From Phoronis australis (Eukaryota; Animalia; Phoronida): a stretch of DNA of 64,000 bases. Numbering within the stretch: position 1 is the first letter of the stretch; each line of letters starts with the position of its first letter. The stretch spans positions 1,033,160 through 1,097,159 of the forward strand of contig NMRA01000025.1 of assembly GCA_002633005.1 (NCBI GenBank). The letters are read 5' to 3'. A program made the translations under genes and the position numbers. Below the pieces are notes generated by a model, which was not told the DNA's origin, did no database searches, and saw nothing but the letters and a program-made list of their open reading frames with translations. This document shows, piece after piece, positions 12,410-26,657 of the stretch.

Positions 12410-15400
12410 TATTAATATAATTTACAAACAATCAGCAAAATTACCTGTTTTCAGTTTGCTACTCGGATGCTAATTAAATATTTTTTGTCCCTACCCTAGC
12501 AGAAGTGGGTCACGGCAACCACTGCTCGGCTCCAACGGGTTGTGGCATCTGCAAATCATATCAAATAATACCATACATCATGCACTCTGAGAAATTGAAC
12601 GTCATTTGGGTTCATTCGTGTTGACTTGGTGTTTTAAGGCTTGTGTTAGTATGTTAATACAAGTGTTAGTCGAGATTAGAAAGAACGTTAGCGTCACCGA
12701 GAAAGAAACATCAAGAGATGAAACAAAAGTTCTAGTCCTAGAGAATGATATTACATTTGATGGATGGCCAGATTTATCCTTTGGAATAAATGTACGTCAT
12801 CACGACCCAAACATTAATACATTAGGAGAACCCAGACTACAACTAAAATACAGCAAACACTAAAAAATCTATTACAACGACATGAACACCACATTGTTTT
12901 CTCGCAGGTGGAGAACTGTAACTGCAAGTGTCGGCGACTCCAAATCGTTACCAATAACGAAAGGAAAACACCTTTATTGTCCTTCATGTAACGGGTAAGA
13001 CAGCATCTCTTTGGTTCACTGCCGGTGGTGGCGAGGTCAGTTTCGTGCTTGTCCAGTTCCTGCTTGGCCCTGGAAAAACGTTTACATTTCATTAAATTTT
13101 AAAATTTGTACCTCTCAGAAAACTTTTCGGAATTAAAGTTTCAATTACCCTTTACAAAACGAAAATCAATTGATTATGATTTAAAATTTTAACAGGGTTT
13201 CGAGATCTTTTCAGGAACACTTTCTTTCATCAAATTAAATTATCTCTTGTTATTGATGCGGTGCCTTTGTGATTGTTTGCTAAATTTTACAGTTTTTGAG
13301 AGACTTTCTGCTGAAACCAAGTTTGAAACAGCGTACATGAACAAAGACTGATGCTTGAATGCCTGGCGAGTAGATTTTCACTTCATTTGTCAATACCAAC
13401 TAGGTATTGGGTGGAGATTTGAAGGCTCAAAGAACACCCAAGCAGTCGAAACATGTAACTTTCAGGAGGTTTACAGCTGATCAGCACCATACTTTTGGAT
13501 TTGATATCATTCATGTAAGGTGTGCTACAGCGCCCATGGTACACTGTCACTGTTCTTAAACTCATATCCTGCATGTTAATGCTATCATTGTCAGCCAAAT
13601 TCCAAAGGCCAAGTCCCTAAAAATCTACAATCAACTTCAAACGAAAACAACACCCTGGAACCAAACAGCAAATATAATCTGAATTGAAAACTACAAGTGA
13701 GGAAGCGTGTGGGTAGAATTTGAGAAATCATGGTATTCATGAGTCCAAATATGTGCAAGTCCAAATATCCATTATCTCCTCAGGTACACAGAATTCCAAA
13801 AGCCCATTACTTCGATAGTTAAATTGTATGTTAAACAGTCATAACACGAGGTTCTAAACAGTTATTTCGAGCAAATTACTCTAGAGTATTGGAGCAGGTG
13901 CCTGCCTTAAACCAGTTCCTAAAAGAACAGGTCACTCTGGAAAGAATCCAAGCGAAGTTCAGCAATCTGCACTGAACTGTAGGTTTTACTTTTATTTCAA
14001 GTTTTTGTTCACCCCCCAAACTTTTTTATTACGTTGTTGTTTACTTTCAATCACTGTTTTCTGGTCTCATAGATCTTTGAACTAGATTCGAACTAACTAC
14101 TTCTTGTCTATGACGATTGTTTGAACCTTCGGTAAGACATTGCAGTTTTAAAAACATTTGTTTGTCATGTTGTTCGTGTTATGACTTGAGAGTTTAGAAC
14201 TGTACACTATTCATACTTGTCCAGTATAAAACGCAAGCAACGTTAGTTTACCTTCATCATTTTCGTCTCAAAGACTTCTTCTTCCCTTTTGGTTATCCAA
14301 TGGTTGCAGCATAACTTTGGGGAATGCGTATAACGTGTATATAGACAAAAACGTGTATTGATATAATTTACAAGCTATCAGCAAAATTTCCTGTTTTCAA
14401 TTTGCTACTGGGATGCTAAATGAAAGCTTTTTGTCCCTAGCCCGGCAGAAATGGGTCAAAGGAACCGCAACTTGTCTCCAACCAGTTGTGGCATCCATAA
14501 ATGACATCAAATAACACCATTCACCATGCAATTTGAGAAACTGAACGTCATTTGGGTTCATTTTTGTTGACTTTCTTGGTATGTTCAGGCTTGTGTTATT
14601 ATGTTAGTACAAGTGATAGTCGAGATTATAAAGAACGTAAACGTTAGCGCCAAAGAACCACCAAAAATGAAACAAAAGGTCTAGTCCTAGAGAATGATAA
14701 TACATTCGATAGATGGCCGCATCTATCCATTAGAATAAATGTACGTCATCACGACCCAAACATTAATACATTAGGAAAACCCAGAATACAACTAAAATAC
14801 CTCAAACATTAAAAAATCTATCATTACAACGACATGAACACCTCATTGTTTTCTCACTGGTGGAGAACTGTGACTGCAAGTGTTGGCGACTCCAAAACGT
14901 TACCAATAACCAAAGGAAAGCAACTTTATCGTCCTTGAAGTAACGGTAAGACGGCATCTCTTTGGTTCGCTGCCGGTGGTGGCGAGGTCAGTTTCGTGCT
15001 TGTTCAGTTCCTGTTTCACCCTGGAAAAACGTATACGATTCTTTTCTTTAAATTTTAAAATTTGTATCTCTGAGGAATCTGTTCCGAATTAAGGAAAACT
15101 TTCAATTGTTAGGATTCAAGTACATTTCACAATTGATTATGTTTTAAAATATTAACAGCGTGCTGAGATCACTTAAGGAACACTTTCAAATTAAATTCTC
15201 TCTATTTAAAGATACGGTGACTTTGCTCTTTTTTGCTAAATTTTACGGTTTTTAGAAAGTTTGTTCTGAAACCAAGTGTGAAAAAGCGTATATGACCAAA
15301 AACAGATTCCTAAATGCTTGGCGAGTAGATTTTCACTTCATTTGTCCAAACCAAACAAGTGTTGAGTGAAGTTTTGAAGGCCGCAAAGAACACCCAAGCA

Positions 15401-15545
15401 ACCAGAACATGTAACTTTCAGGAGGTTTACAGCTGATCAGCACCATAACTTTTGGGTTTGATATCTTTCATGTAAGTGGTACTGCAGCGTCCATGGTACA
15501 TTGTCGCTGTTCTTAAACTCAGATCCTGCCTGTTTATGCTATCCT

Positions 15546-16199
15546 GGGTACTAGAATTAGGGACATCAAGGTCAATTACTTGTATTCCAAGCTGGGAATT
15601 ATGAGAGTAATACAAAGGAATAAATATCTCTCTGCCTGTTGTATGTACAGAGCTATCAATGGCTTGGATCCAGCATATCTCAACCGAAAATTCAATAGCA
15701 GTCAAGCTGTATATTCTACACGCTCTTCTGTTGCTGGAAATGTTTCTTTTAAAAAATTAAAACTGAGACTGGCAAGAGATCTTTTCTCTATCCTGCTGCT
15801 ACAGCCTGGAATTCTCTTAGCACATAAATTAAACGGTCCGATTCAAGGATATTTTCAAACGTAATATCAAAAAGTACCTGTAATTTGCCTAACTTTTTTG
15901 TACCCTACCTGTCTCGATTATGTCATTGTTTTCATTGTCGTAAACACTTTCACTGTGTAGAGTCAGCTCTTTATTATTTCATATCTCTTACTTAAATTTT
16001 CACCATTCTTAGTCATTTCTTTATTGTATTAATTCTCAATCTGTTTTAGTTGTATCGTTTTACGTATATTTAATTGTTGTTTCATTACTTCATTGTATCA
16101 TATTACTGTTTTTTGTTGTTGAAGGCCCTCTTGGAAAGCAGTGCTATCACTGAAGAGGCCACCCTTATTTTAAATATCACAATAAATAAATAAATAAAT
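15546..16199 (+). mobile_element. 5'-truncated L2/CR1-group LINE 3' end
   Basis: Reads LYSKLG...MYRAINGLDPAYL..F....YSTRS, then (frameshifted) GKRSFLYPAATAWNSL; followed by a T-rich 3' UTR, a stem-loop and an (AATA)n tail at ~16181-16199. Confidence 0.85.
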
Positions 16200-17381
16200 G
16201 AGTCCCTGTCAACCAAAGTCCAATAGTTCGACCAAAGGCCAAGTCAATAAAAATCTACAATCAGCTTGAAACGAAGTCAAAACCTTGGAAGCAAACAGCC
16301 CATGTGGTCTGAATTGAAAACTACTAGTGAGGAGGAGTGTAGGCAGAAGGTGAGAAATCATGCTGTTCATGGATCCGAATGTTGACAAGCCGAAATATCC
16401 TTATCTCCTAGGGTACACACAATTCCAAAAGTCCATTAGTTGGAAAGTTAAAATGTTGAACATTCAAGACACGAGGTTCTAAACAGTTACTTCGAGCAAA
16501 ATGTTCGAGAGTATTTGAGCAGGTGTCTGCTTTAAATCAGTCCCTGGAAGAACAGGTGCCTCTGGAAAGAAACCAAGCAAAGCTCAGTAATGTGCACTGA
16601 GCTGTGTCTTTTGTTTATATTTTAAATTCTTGGCTTAACACCACACTACAATTTTGTTGCACCACTGTTTTTAACTTTAGATCACTGGTTTCTGGTGTAG
16701 ATCTTCTAACTAGATTCGAACTAACTGGCTCTCCTCTGTGACAGATTTGTGAACCTTGGGCATCATACGGCACTTTTAAAAAACAATCTGTTTGATATAT
16801 GATGTGTGTTTTGACTTGAGAACCTTCAGAGCTTGATCTGTACCCTATTCATACTAGTGCAGTATGAAACGCAAGCAACGTTAGTTTACCATCATCATTT
16901 TCATCGCAAAGACTTCTTCTTCCGTTTTGGTTGTCTGTTGGGAATGGGAATGGCATGCAAATAGACAAAACCGTGTATTAATATAATTTACAAATAATTG
17001 ACAAAAATGTCTGTTTTCATTTGCTACTCAGATGCTAATTGAAAAATTTTTGTCCCTACCCCGGCAGAAATCTGTCACGGGAACGACTGCTCGGCACCAT
17101 TTGGTTGCGGCATCTGCAAAGGATATCAAATAACACCATTCATCATGCATTCTGAGTTGCTGAACGTCATTTGGGTTCATTCGTGCTGTCTTTCTTGGTA
17201 TGTTAGGATTGTATTAGTATGTTAGTGCAAGTGTTAGTGGGGATGAGAAAGAACGTCAGCGTCACCGAGAAAGAAACAACAATGTCAGGGTCATGCTCGT
17301 TGAGTTCCTGTATGACCCTGGAAAAAGATATACATTTCTCTAAGCTGTTCAGATTTAAGTAAAACTTACAAATGCTAAGAT

Positions 17382-17790
17382 TTAAGGGGAGTGCATACAC
17401 TGGTCAAATCTCCAGGTTCTTATCTAAAATAAGCATCAACTGGGGTTTAACTAGTTAGACATGACTCTGAAAGTGACAAAAATCGAAAAAAAAATTCATA
17501 GTAGTCTGTTTTTTAAAATAACGAATTTTTTAATTTTCAAAAAATTGAATTTTACCTAGTTTTTTTTCAAAATGCACAGGGATTGTTATCAGCTGTTTCA
17601 TTACGCAATATTCTCCTTATCCATACCAAAGATATGTACAAAATCGTTATAATCTTGATTTTGTGCCATTTTTGTGTGCGAGTTGTGGCAAGCACGCCAC
17701 TTCCTGTTATCTGCTCACTTTACGTCTAAGAAGTCAAAATTTTGCCCATGTATCAAAAGACCCTGGGACGCAATTTTAGTTCAGTTATAG
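17382..17790. mobile_element. Probable truncated DNA-transposon fragment within the array
   Basis: ~400 bp unrelated to the unit consensus, starting at TTAA|GGGGGAG (Kolobok-like end); the matching second end is not seen. Confidence 0.3.
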
Positions 17791-19559
17791 TGGATTTCAA
17801 ATGCTGTGATTTAAACACCGCTCCCGAAAATCAAACTTCAGGAACACTTTCGTCATAAACAAAGACAGATACCAAAATGCTTGGCGAGTAGATTGTCACA
17901 TATTTTTTCCAGATCAAAAAGTGTTCGGTGAAGTTTTGCAGGCTCAAAAACACCCAACCAGTCAAAATGCGTAACTTTCAGGTTTACAGCTGATCAGCAC
18001 CATACCTTTTGTATTGGATGTCATTCATGAAAGTTGAACTGCAGCGCCCTTGGTACACTGTCACTGTGAGCAAAGTCAGATCCCGCATGTTTATGCTATA
18101 CTTGTCAGCCGAAATCCAGTAGTTCAACGAAAGGCCTAAGTCCTTAAAAATCTACAATAATGTTCAAATGAAGTCAACGCATTGGATACGAACTACCCAA
18201 AGTGAGAAAGAATGTAGGCAAAAGGTATGAAATCACGGTATTCTTGGGTCCGAATGTTTGCAAGTCCAAAAATCTGTATCTCCTAAGGTACACACAAGTC
18301 CTAAAGTCCCTTAGTTCGAAAGTTAAAATGTTGAACTTTCATGCCACGAGGTTCTGAACAGTGATTTGGAGCAAAATTTTCGAGAGCTTTTGAGCAGGCG
18401 CCTGCTTGAAACCAGTTCCTGGAAGAACAGGTTTCTCTAAAAAGAGTCCAAGTAAGTTCAGCAATGTGCAATGAGCTGTCGCTTTTATCTATATTTTAAA
18501 TTTTGGCTTACCCCTACCCCTACAATTTGTTGCTCCGCTGTTGTTGACTTTGAATCACTAGTTTCCGGTGTCATAGATCTTCGAAGTAGAGTCGATCTAA
18601 CTGGCTCTCATCTTCGGCGTGATAGGGCAATTTTAAAAACATTTTCTTAGTCATATTATGTGTGTTATGACTTGAAATCCTTCAGAGGGTGGAGCTGTAC
18701 CCTATTCATTCTAGAGCAGTATGAAACGCAAGCAACGTTGGTTTACCTTATCATTTTCTTCTTAACGACTTCTTATTCCGTTTTGGTTACCCGTTGGTCG
18801 CATTGTAAAGTTGGGGAATGGGTGTGCTGCAGAACCTTTGGTGCACTGTAACCGGTCGTGACGTTGTTGTCCCGCATATCACGTAAGGATACCAAACCAG
18901 ATGTGAAACCCTGAGCATGGATAATGAGGTATGCCTGAATGACTGGCGAGTAGAGTTTTTACTTCGCTTATCCAAATCAAACAAGTGATCGGTCAAGTTT
19001 TGATGACTAAAATGAGGGATTTTTGCTGCTGAAGGACACCATGTCTTTGGTTGTGGTGTCATTCGTTTCAGTGGTCCTGCAGCACCTTTGGTACATTGTA
19101 ACTGCTCGCGACTTCAGCTCCAGTATGGTAATGATATAAAAGTCAGCCAAAATCAACTGGTTCGACGAAAGGCCAAGTCGATAAAAAATCTCCAGTAAGG
19201 TGAAAAGGAAATCAATCCCCTAGAAGCGATGAACCCTATATGGCCTGAATTGAAAACTGCAAGTGAGAAAGTGTGTGGACCTAGTTTATGAAATCATGGT
19301 TTTCATGGGTTGGAAGGTTTACAAGTCTAAAAATCCACAAATTTTAAGATCACACATTCCGAAATCTATCAAAAGCTATAAGTTTGAACTTTCATAACTC
19401 TAGGTTCTGAACAGTGATTTTGAGCAAAACGTTCAGGATGATTCGCGCACCTGTTTGAAACTAGTTCTTCGAAGAGCCTATGCCTCTAAAAAGGATCTAA
19501 ACGAAGTTAGACCATGTGCTCTGAGCTGTCATATCTACTTCTAGTTTACATTTTCAAAT

Positions 19560-22500
19560 TAAGGCGATATTTTTTCAAATGAGACAATATTATTTAGTCT
19601 CAAAGTGTGCGGAACGGTTCCGCACTTTTTTAATATCCACTTAGGGCCATAAAAAATGGTATGTAACAAATCTTTACCTTACCCTAAACATGTTTACAAT
19701 GTTACATTTTTATTTACTCAATTAGCATTTTCTTAATTAGAAGTTCAATTTTTGCCTTGCAGAATATTCCGTTCTGTATGGGGAGCGATTTCCCAAAACG
19801 AATGGTTTTGCTGGGTATTTGATTTCACCAATCAACTTAAATTGCATTACATTATCAATGCCACTTGAAAGTATCGATGTGACAATCCCAACAGTAATTA
19901 GTTGATCAATGTGACAGTTGCGGAACCGTTCCGCATGCGGAACCGTTCCGCAGACAATACTTTTGTGATCCCCATAAGTTTTAAAAAAGTTTTATTGTAC
20001 ATTTCAGTTCAAATATAATCTATTCTCAATAGCATATCAAAATATCAATGTGTCAACATGAACAATGATTGATCAGTGGGGAACTTGCTCAATGGTTTGT
20101 AATGAAGAAACCTACCTCAAGCAGACTCGGGGAAAATTGAGATCTTGTCTATGCCATTTTACCGCTTTTGGTAGAACCTTAACAAAAGCCATGAAATATT
20201 CGAATCTTAACGTACAAAAAGCATTAGACATAAAAGTATCAGAATTTCTACACTAACAATAATTAATTAATAAAAGCGACAGTTCCGGAACCATTCCGCA
20301 TGCGGAACCGTTCCGCAAACAATACTTTTGTGATCCTCACAAGTTTAAAAAAAAAATTCTTGCACATTTCAGTTGAAATATACTCTATTCTCAATAGCAT
20401 ATGGAAATATCAATGAGTCAACATGAACAATGATTTATGAGTGGGGAACTTACTGAATGGTTTGTGATGCAGAAACCTACCTCAAGCAGACTCGAGAAAA
20501 ATAGACATCTTGTGTATGCCATTTTACCTCTTTTGACAGAACCTTAACACAAGTCATGAAATATTCAAATCTTAACGTACAACAAGCATTAAACGCAAAA
20601 GTATCAGAATTTCTACCCTAAAAAATAATTAATTAATAAAAGTGACGATTGTGGAACTTCCGCATGCGGAAAAATTCCGCATGGGGAGCTATTTCCGAAA
20701 CCGAATGGTTTTGCGTGGTATTTGATTTCACCAGTCAACTTAAAATGCATTCCATTATCAATGCCACTTGAAAGTATTGATGTGATAATCCTAACAGTAA
20801 TTAGTTGATCAATGTGACAGTTGCGGAGTCGTTCCGCATGCTTTTGGCAGAACCTTAACACAAGCCATGAAATATTCAAATCTTAACGTACAACAAGCAT
20901 TAAACACAAAAGTATCAGAATTTCTACCCTAAATATAATTAATTAATATAAGTGACAGTTGCGGAACATTTCTGCATGCGGAACCGTTCCGCAAACTATA
21001 GTTTTGTGGAGCTCACAATTTTTTAAACTTCTTACACATTAAGGTCGAAATATATTCTATTCTCAATAACACATGAAAATATCAATGTGTCACCATGAGC
21101 AACAATTAATCAGTGAGGAACTTGCTGAATGGTTTTTGATGCAAAAACCTATCCCTAGCAGACTCAGGGAAAAATTGATATCTTGTCTATGCCATTTTAC
21201 CGCTTTTGGTAGAATGTTAATATATGATACGGAATATTCAAATGTTAATGTGTAACAAGTATAAAACATAAATGTAAAAGAATTTGTACCGTAACAATAA
21301 TTAACTATTAAATGGAACACTTGCGGAACCGTTCCGCAGGATGTCAATTTCATATAATAATATTTCCCAGTTAAATGGTTTTCTTACATCAGTGTTAGAG
21401 CACATTTTATTTTTCCATGATTTTTGGGTACCTCAGAATTGAGCATTTTGGATTCTTTGCAAAAATTTAATCGGAAAATTAATTTTTTTAAAAATTTTCT
21501 TTAATGTCCTGTGTATGTGCAATGACATGAGCAAAGAAGTAGGGTTCCCCAATTAGTTTTCAAGCTACAGGTATCTTAGCTCAAACAGAAAATTCACTTT
21601 CTCAAAAATATGCTAAATTTCACAAGTACAGCTTTGATTCACCACATGATGATTTTGCCCTATCGATGGGAATGTGAAAAACATTTAAGTTAAAGGGAAT
21701 AAACTAACGAAACAAATTTCATCGTAAATGAATTAAAATTTGCTGGTGTACAACGAGATAAGATGCAGTCATGTATAGTGTCTACACTTTTGTTTGTTAA
21801 AGAAATTATTTACGAATGAGTAGAAAGTAAAAATAGCAAAGTACCATTTGAATGACCACGTGATTCAACAGCTTAAAGATGGTAAAATATTGTTCTTGTT
21901 TAAATAAGTTTGGATGTGCAAAAATGCGGCTGCCATAGTTTTGTGTTCTCCTTGTTATATCAGCAGATTCCACAATTTAGAACAAAGACAATTGCCAAAG
22001 TTGCCATTTTTCCAGTTTAACAAGTAGCGAAGTAAATGTTTTCATCCTTTTTACTTATGTTGAAAACTTGACAAAATAAAATTTTACTGTTCCACTATAT
22101 TGCGTTATAAATTGAGGAATCTTTACTTCAATGTATAGAGACTCTATCACTCTAGCCAAGGTGTGGGAAATCTTTCTTAGCCACTGAAGTTAAATTGCCA
22201 ATCTCCTGTTGTCCTCAGCATGGTAATGTGATGCAAACAGAGCAATAAATGGTCAATACAGATTGGAGGTTAACCTGCCAGTGTGTCAACTGGTTTATGA
22301 CAGTTGGACTTTGATTCAGAGATTTTGAGATTGTACACCCATAAATTAGGAACCTGGTGAAAAGCAATGATGTAAAGTAGAGGTTTAAAGATGGTGAAAA
22401 GTAAAAGTGCATACAAAGAAAAGAAAAAAATACAAATTTATCAAAGACAGAACAACAAATTTCAGGCCAAAAGAATCCTCAAATATAACACATGAATTGA

Positions 22501-25377
22501 ATGTAAAGAATACAGTGCTTTTGTGACAAACTTGCTCACTGTTTTGGGTACTACAGTTGCTTATACTGGTATGAAAAATATCCATGAAAACTCCAGCATA
22601 GAATGAACTTAAAGTTTAATAAGTTATTATGCACCTAAAATACTTTAATTCTAAGGTGATTGCATTAGAATTAAATGGTCAAGTTCTAAGAAAAAATGAA
22701 CAATGACCTAGCAGTGTGCATAAACATAATAATTGTTTCTGGAACCATTCTGCTTGCGGAACAAATCCGAAACAGTCACATTTCACATTGATCAACTAAT
22801 TATTGTTAGGATTGTCACGTTGATACTCTCAAGTGATATTGAGAATGGGATGCATTTTAACTTTATTGGGCAAAACAAAAACCCCGCAAAACCATTCTGT
22901 GTGGAAAATCGTTCCGCATGCGAAACGGTTCCGCAACTCACATTTATGAAATAATTATTGTTAGGGTCGAAATTCTGATACATTCATGTTTATGCTTTTT
23001 GCACACTAAGATTTGAATATTTCCTGACTTGTGTTAAACACTACCATGAGCGGTTAAATGGCATAACCAAATGTCAATTTTTCCCGAGTTAGCTTGAGGT
23101 AGGTTTCTACAACACAAACCATTCAGCAAGTTCATCACTGATTAATTATGGTTCATGTTGACACATTGATATGTCCATGTGTTATTGACAATAGAATGTA
23201 TTTCAACTTTAATTCGCAAGCATCAATTTAAAAAAATGTGAGCTCCACAAAACCATTGTTTGCGGAACGGTTCAGTAACTGTCATATTGACCACCTAATT
23301 ATTGTCAGGATTGGCAGATTGATACTTTCAAGTGGCATTGATAATAGAATGCATTTTAAGTTCATTGGGCAAAACAAATACCAAGCAAAACCATTCTGTT
23401 TGGGAAAACGCTCCCCATGCGGAATGATTCCGCTTGCGGAACGGTTCCGCAACTGTCACTTTTATTAATTAAATATTGTTGGGGTAGAAATTCGGATACT
23501 TTGATGTTTAATGCTTGTTCCACATTAAGATTCAAATATTTCGTGGCTTGCGTTAAGGTTCTACCAAAAGCGGTAAAATGTCATAGACAATATGTCGATT
23601 TTTCCCCGAGTCTGCTTGAGGTAGGTTTCTGCATCACAAACCATTCAGCAAGTTCCCCACTGATTAATCATTGCTCATGTTGACACATTGATATTTCCAT
23701 ATCCTATTGAGAATAGACTATATTTCAACTGAAATGTGCAAGAAAATTTTTTTAAAACTTGTGAGAATCACAAAAGTATTGTTTGCGGAACGGTTCCGCA
23801 TGCGAAACGGTTCTGCAACTGTCACTTTTAATAATTAATTATTGTTAGGGTAGAAATTTTGATACTTTTATGTTTAATGCTTTTTGTACGTTAAGATTCG
23901 AATATTTCATGGCTTGTGTTAAGGTTCTACCAAAAGCGGTAAAATAGCATTAACAAGATGTCAATTTTTCGCCGAGTCTGCTTGAGGTAGGCTTCTTCAT
24001 CACAAACCATTCAGCAAGTTCCCCACTAATCAATCATTGTTCATGTTGACACATTGATATTTCCATATGCTATTGAGAATAGAGTATATTTCAACTGAAA
24101 TGTGCAAGAATTTTTTTTAAAATCTTGTGAGGATCACAAAACTATTGTTTGCGGAACGGTTCCGCATGCGGAACCGTTCCGCAACAGTCACTTTTAATAA
24201 TTAATTATTGTTAGGGTAGAAATTCTGATACTTTTATGTTTAATGCTTGTTCCGCATTAAGATTCGAATATTTCGTGGCCTGTGTTAAGGTTCTACCAAA
24301 AGCGGTAAAATGTCATAGACAAAATTCCCCGAGTCTGCTTGAGGTAGGTTACTGCATCACAAACCATTCAGCAAGTTCCCCACTGATTAATCATTGCTCA
24401 TGCTGACACATTGATATTTCAATATGCTATTGAGAATAGAGTATATTTCAACTGAAATGTGCAAGAAAATATTTTTAAAACTTGTGAGGATCACAAAAGT
24501 ATTGTTTGCGGAACGGTTCCGCATGCGGAACGGTTCTGCAACTGTCACATTGATCAACTAATTACTGGTAGGATTGTCACATCGATAGTTTGAAGTGGCA
24601 TTTATAATGTAATGTATTTTAAGTTGATTGGTGAAATCAAATACCCAGCAAAACCATTCTGTTTGGGAAATCGCTCCCCATACAGAACGGTTCCGCATGC
24701 GGAATGGTTCCGCATGCGGAATGGTTCCGCAACTGTCACATTGATCAAGTAATTATTATTAAGATTGTCACATTGATACTTTCAAGTGGTATTGATTATG
24801 GAATGCATTTTAACTTTATTGGTCATGAGAATTTAAAAAATTGCGGAACCGTTCCGCATGTGGAACCCTTCTGCAACCGTCACATTGATTAATATATTAT
24901 TGAGAGTGGACACATTATACTCTCAAGTACTATTGAGAATGGAATGTAATTCATGTTTATTGGGCCGGGAGAAAATTAAAAATTTTAGTCCTGTGCTAAA
25001 CTTTTCTGTTTGTGGAACTCTTCTGGAACTTTCACATTGATTTTTAAAAATAAATTATTATTTTGATTATTATTCCACAAAATATACATAATATTTCTCA
25101 AGTCACAGTATTCCACAAAACTTCCGCAGTGCGTAATATTCCGCACACCTGCGGAATATTCCGCACTCAGTGCGGAATATTCCGCAAGGCAAAACTTCTA
25201 ATTAAGAAAATGCTAATTGAGGAAATCAAAATGTAACATTGTAAACATGTTTAGGGTAAGGTATAGAATTGTTACATACCATTTTTATGGCCCTAAGTGG
25301 ATATTAAAAAAGTGCGGAACCGTTCCGCACACTTTGAAACTAAATAATATTGTCTCATTTGAAAAAATATCGCCTTA
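19560..25377. mobile_element. 5.8-kb Foldback-type element with long modular inverted arms
   Basis: The ends TAAGGCGATATTTTTTCAAATGAGACAATATT... and ...AATATTGTCTCATTTGAAAAAATATCGCCTTA form a ~185-bp TIR. The arms (~19560-21340, ~22735-25377) are built of ~360-bp and ~170-bp modules separated by the palindrome TGCGGAACCGTTCCGCA. The array unit resumes on the other side. Confidence 0.9.
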
Positions 25378-25865
25378 CTTGTAGATAATTATCGCCACCA
25401 AAAATTTGCTGATCGCTGCCGATGACTTTGAATCACTGGTTAATGACATCATAGACCTTCAGACTTGTTTTGAACCAACTAGCTTTTCTTTCAGTCGGAT
25501 TAGTAAACTTTTGGCCTTAAAAGGCATTTTTAAAAATAATTTCACTTGTCGTATTATGAGTGTTCGAACTTGTGAACCTTCGCAGTATCGAGCTTTACCC
25601 TGCTTTTACTAATGCAGTGAGACACGCAAGCAACGTTCTTAGTTTTCGTTTTCCATCTTTCCTCCGTTTCGGTTATCCGTGGGTTTCAGCGTGTCGTTGG
25701 TGTATGGGTACGAGTATGGCGTGTAAGTAGAGCAAAACGTGGGTTAATGAAATTTACAAACAATCGACAAATCAACTGTTGCTAATTGAAAAATCTTTGT
25801 CCTTGCCACGACAGTAATCGATAATGGGAACCATTGTTTTGCTCCATCTATTGGGGGGTGGGCAT

Positions 25866-26657
25866 CCCGGGTCATGTCTCCTGTGTTCTGTGTGTCCCGT
25901 TTTGTGCATCTCGGGGTTTTGTGTGTCCCGAGCTCTATATGTTTAGTTTTCTGTGCATCGGACGGGATTCTATGTGTCCCGGGTTCTGCGTACTATGGTG
26001 TGGTAGTTACCCGTATGCTTCATTCTAATACAAGCATACCGGACAATTTCTCCAGGGACACAATGGCTACTTTCACACCGGGTTCGATTTGTCTCTGGTC
26101 AGCACTCAACCAGCCAAGAAAATCAACATAAGATCGGCCTTTGTGACCTAGTCACAATCTCACAAACTAAAGGCGCATGTTCAACAGGTGAGCTTAGGCT
26201 ACATTCGAAAATTCCAGGGGGTGTTGCTTGATCTGACAACGACGATGAGGAGGATTCATGAAAACAACACTTTACTTTATTACTTGTCAGACCCTCAAAA
26301 AGCAGGATCGGAAAAGAACTTCCAAATTGTCACGTGGGCCTAAAGTGGCGATTGTAGGTAAACCTTGCACACTGTCCGCTTAGCGCCTGGACTGTAACGC
26401 AACAGACGGGACACATAGAACACAGGACACACAGAACCCGCAGGTACGTATAGAACCCGGGCCGGCACATAGACTCGCTGGTTCCCTGCGTGCCGCTAGG
26501 TGGGGCAGTAGCCGCGCCAGCACGTGCTGGCTGGGCTAAGCACGCAGGGAACCAGCGAGGCACATAGAACCAGGGTTACACAAAATCCGAAATCCATAAA
26601 ACGGGGACACATAGAACCCGGGACACATAGAACTCGACGCATAGAATCCGGGACACA
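25866..26657. mobile_element. MITE-like insertion with inverted arrays of ~15-bp subrepeats
   Basis: The left side has GGGTTCTATGTGTCCC-type repeats and the right side has their reverse complement GGGACACATAGAACCC; it interrupts the last array unit. Confidence 0.7.

Noticed and set aside
12420-12870. Minus-strand reading of the array unit with TGA=Trp (mitochondrial/mycoplasma code)
   Set aside because: That frame shares third codon positions with the open plus frame, so its TGAs follow from plus-strand His/Gln codons; no mitochondrial protein motifs were seen.
19900-24870. CRISPR-like array of palindromic TGCGGAACCGTTCCGCA repeats
   Set aside because: The intervening sequences are 170-360 bp and are copies of each other rather than unique spacers; there are no cas genes and the context is eukaryotic.
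20065-25040. Many short ORFs inside the Foldback arms
   Set aside because: They arise from repeated non-coding modules in both orientations with no conserved frame.
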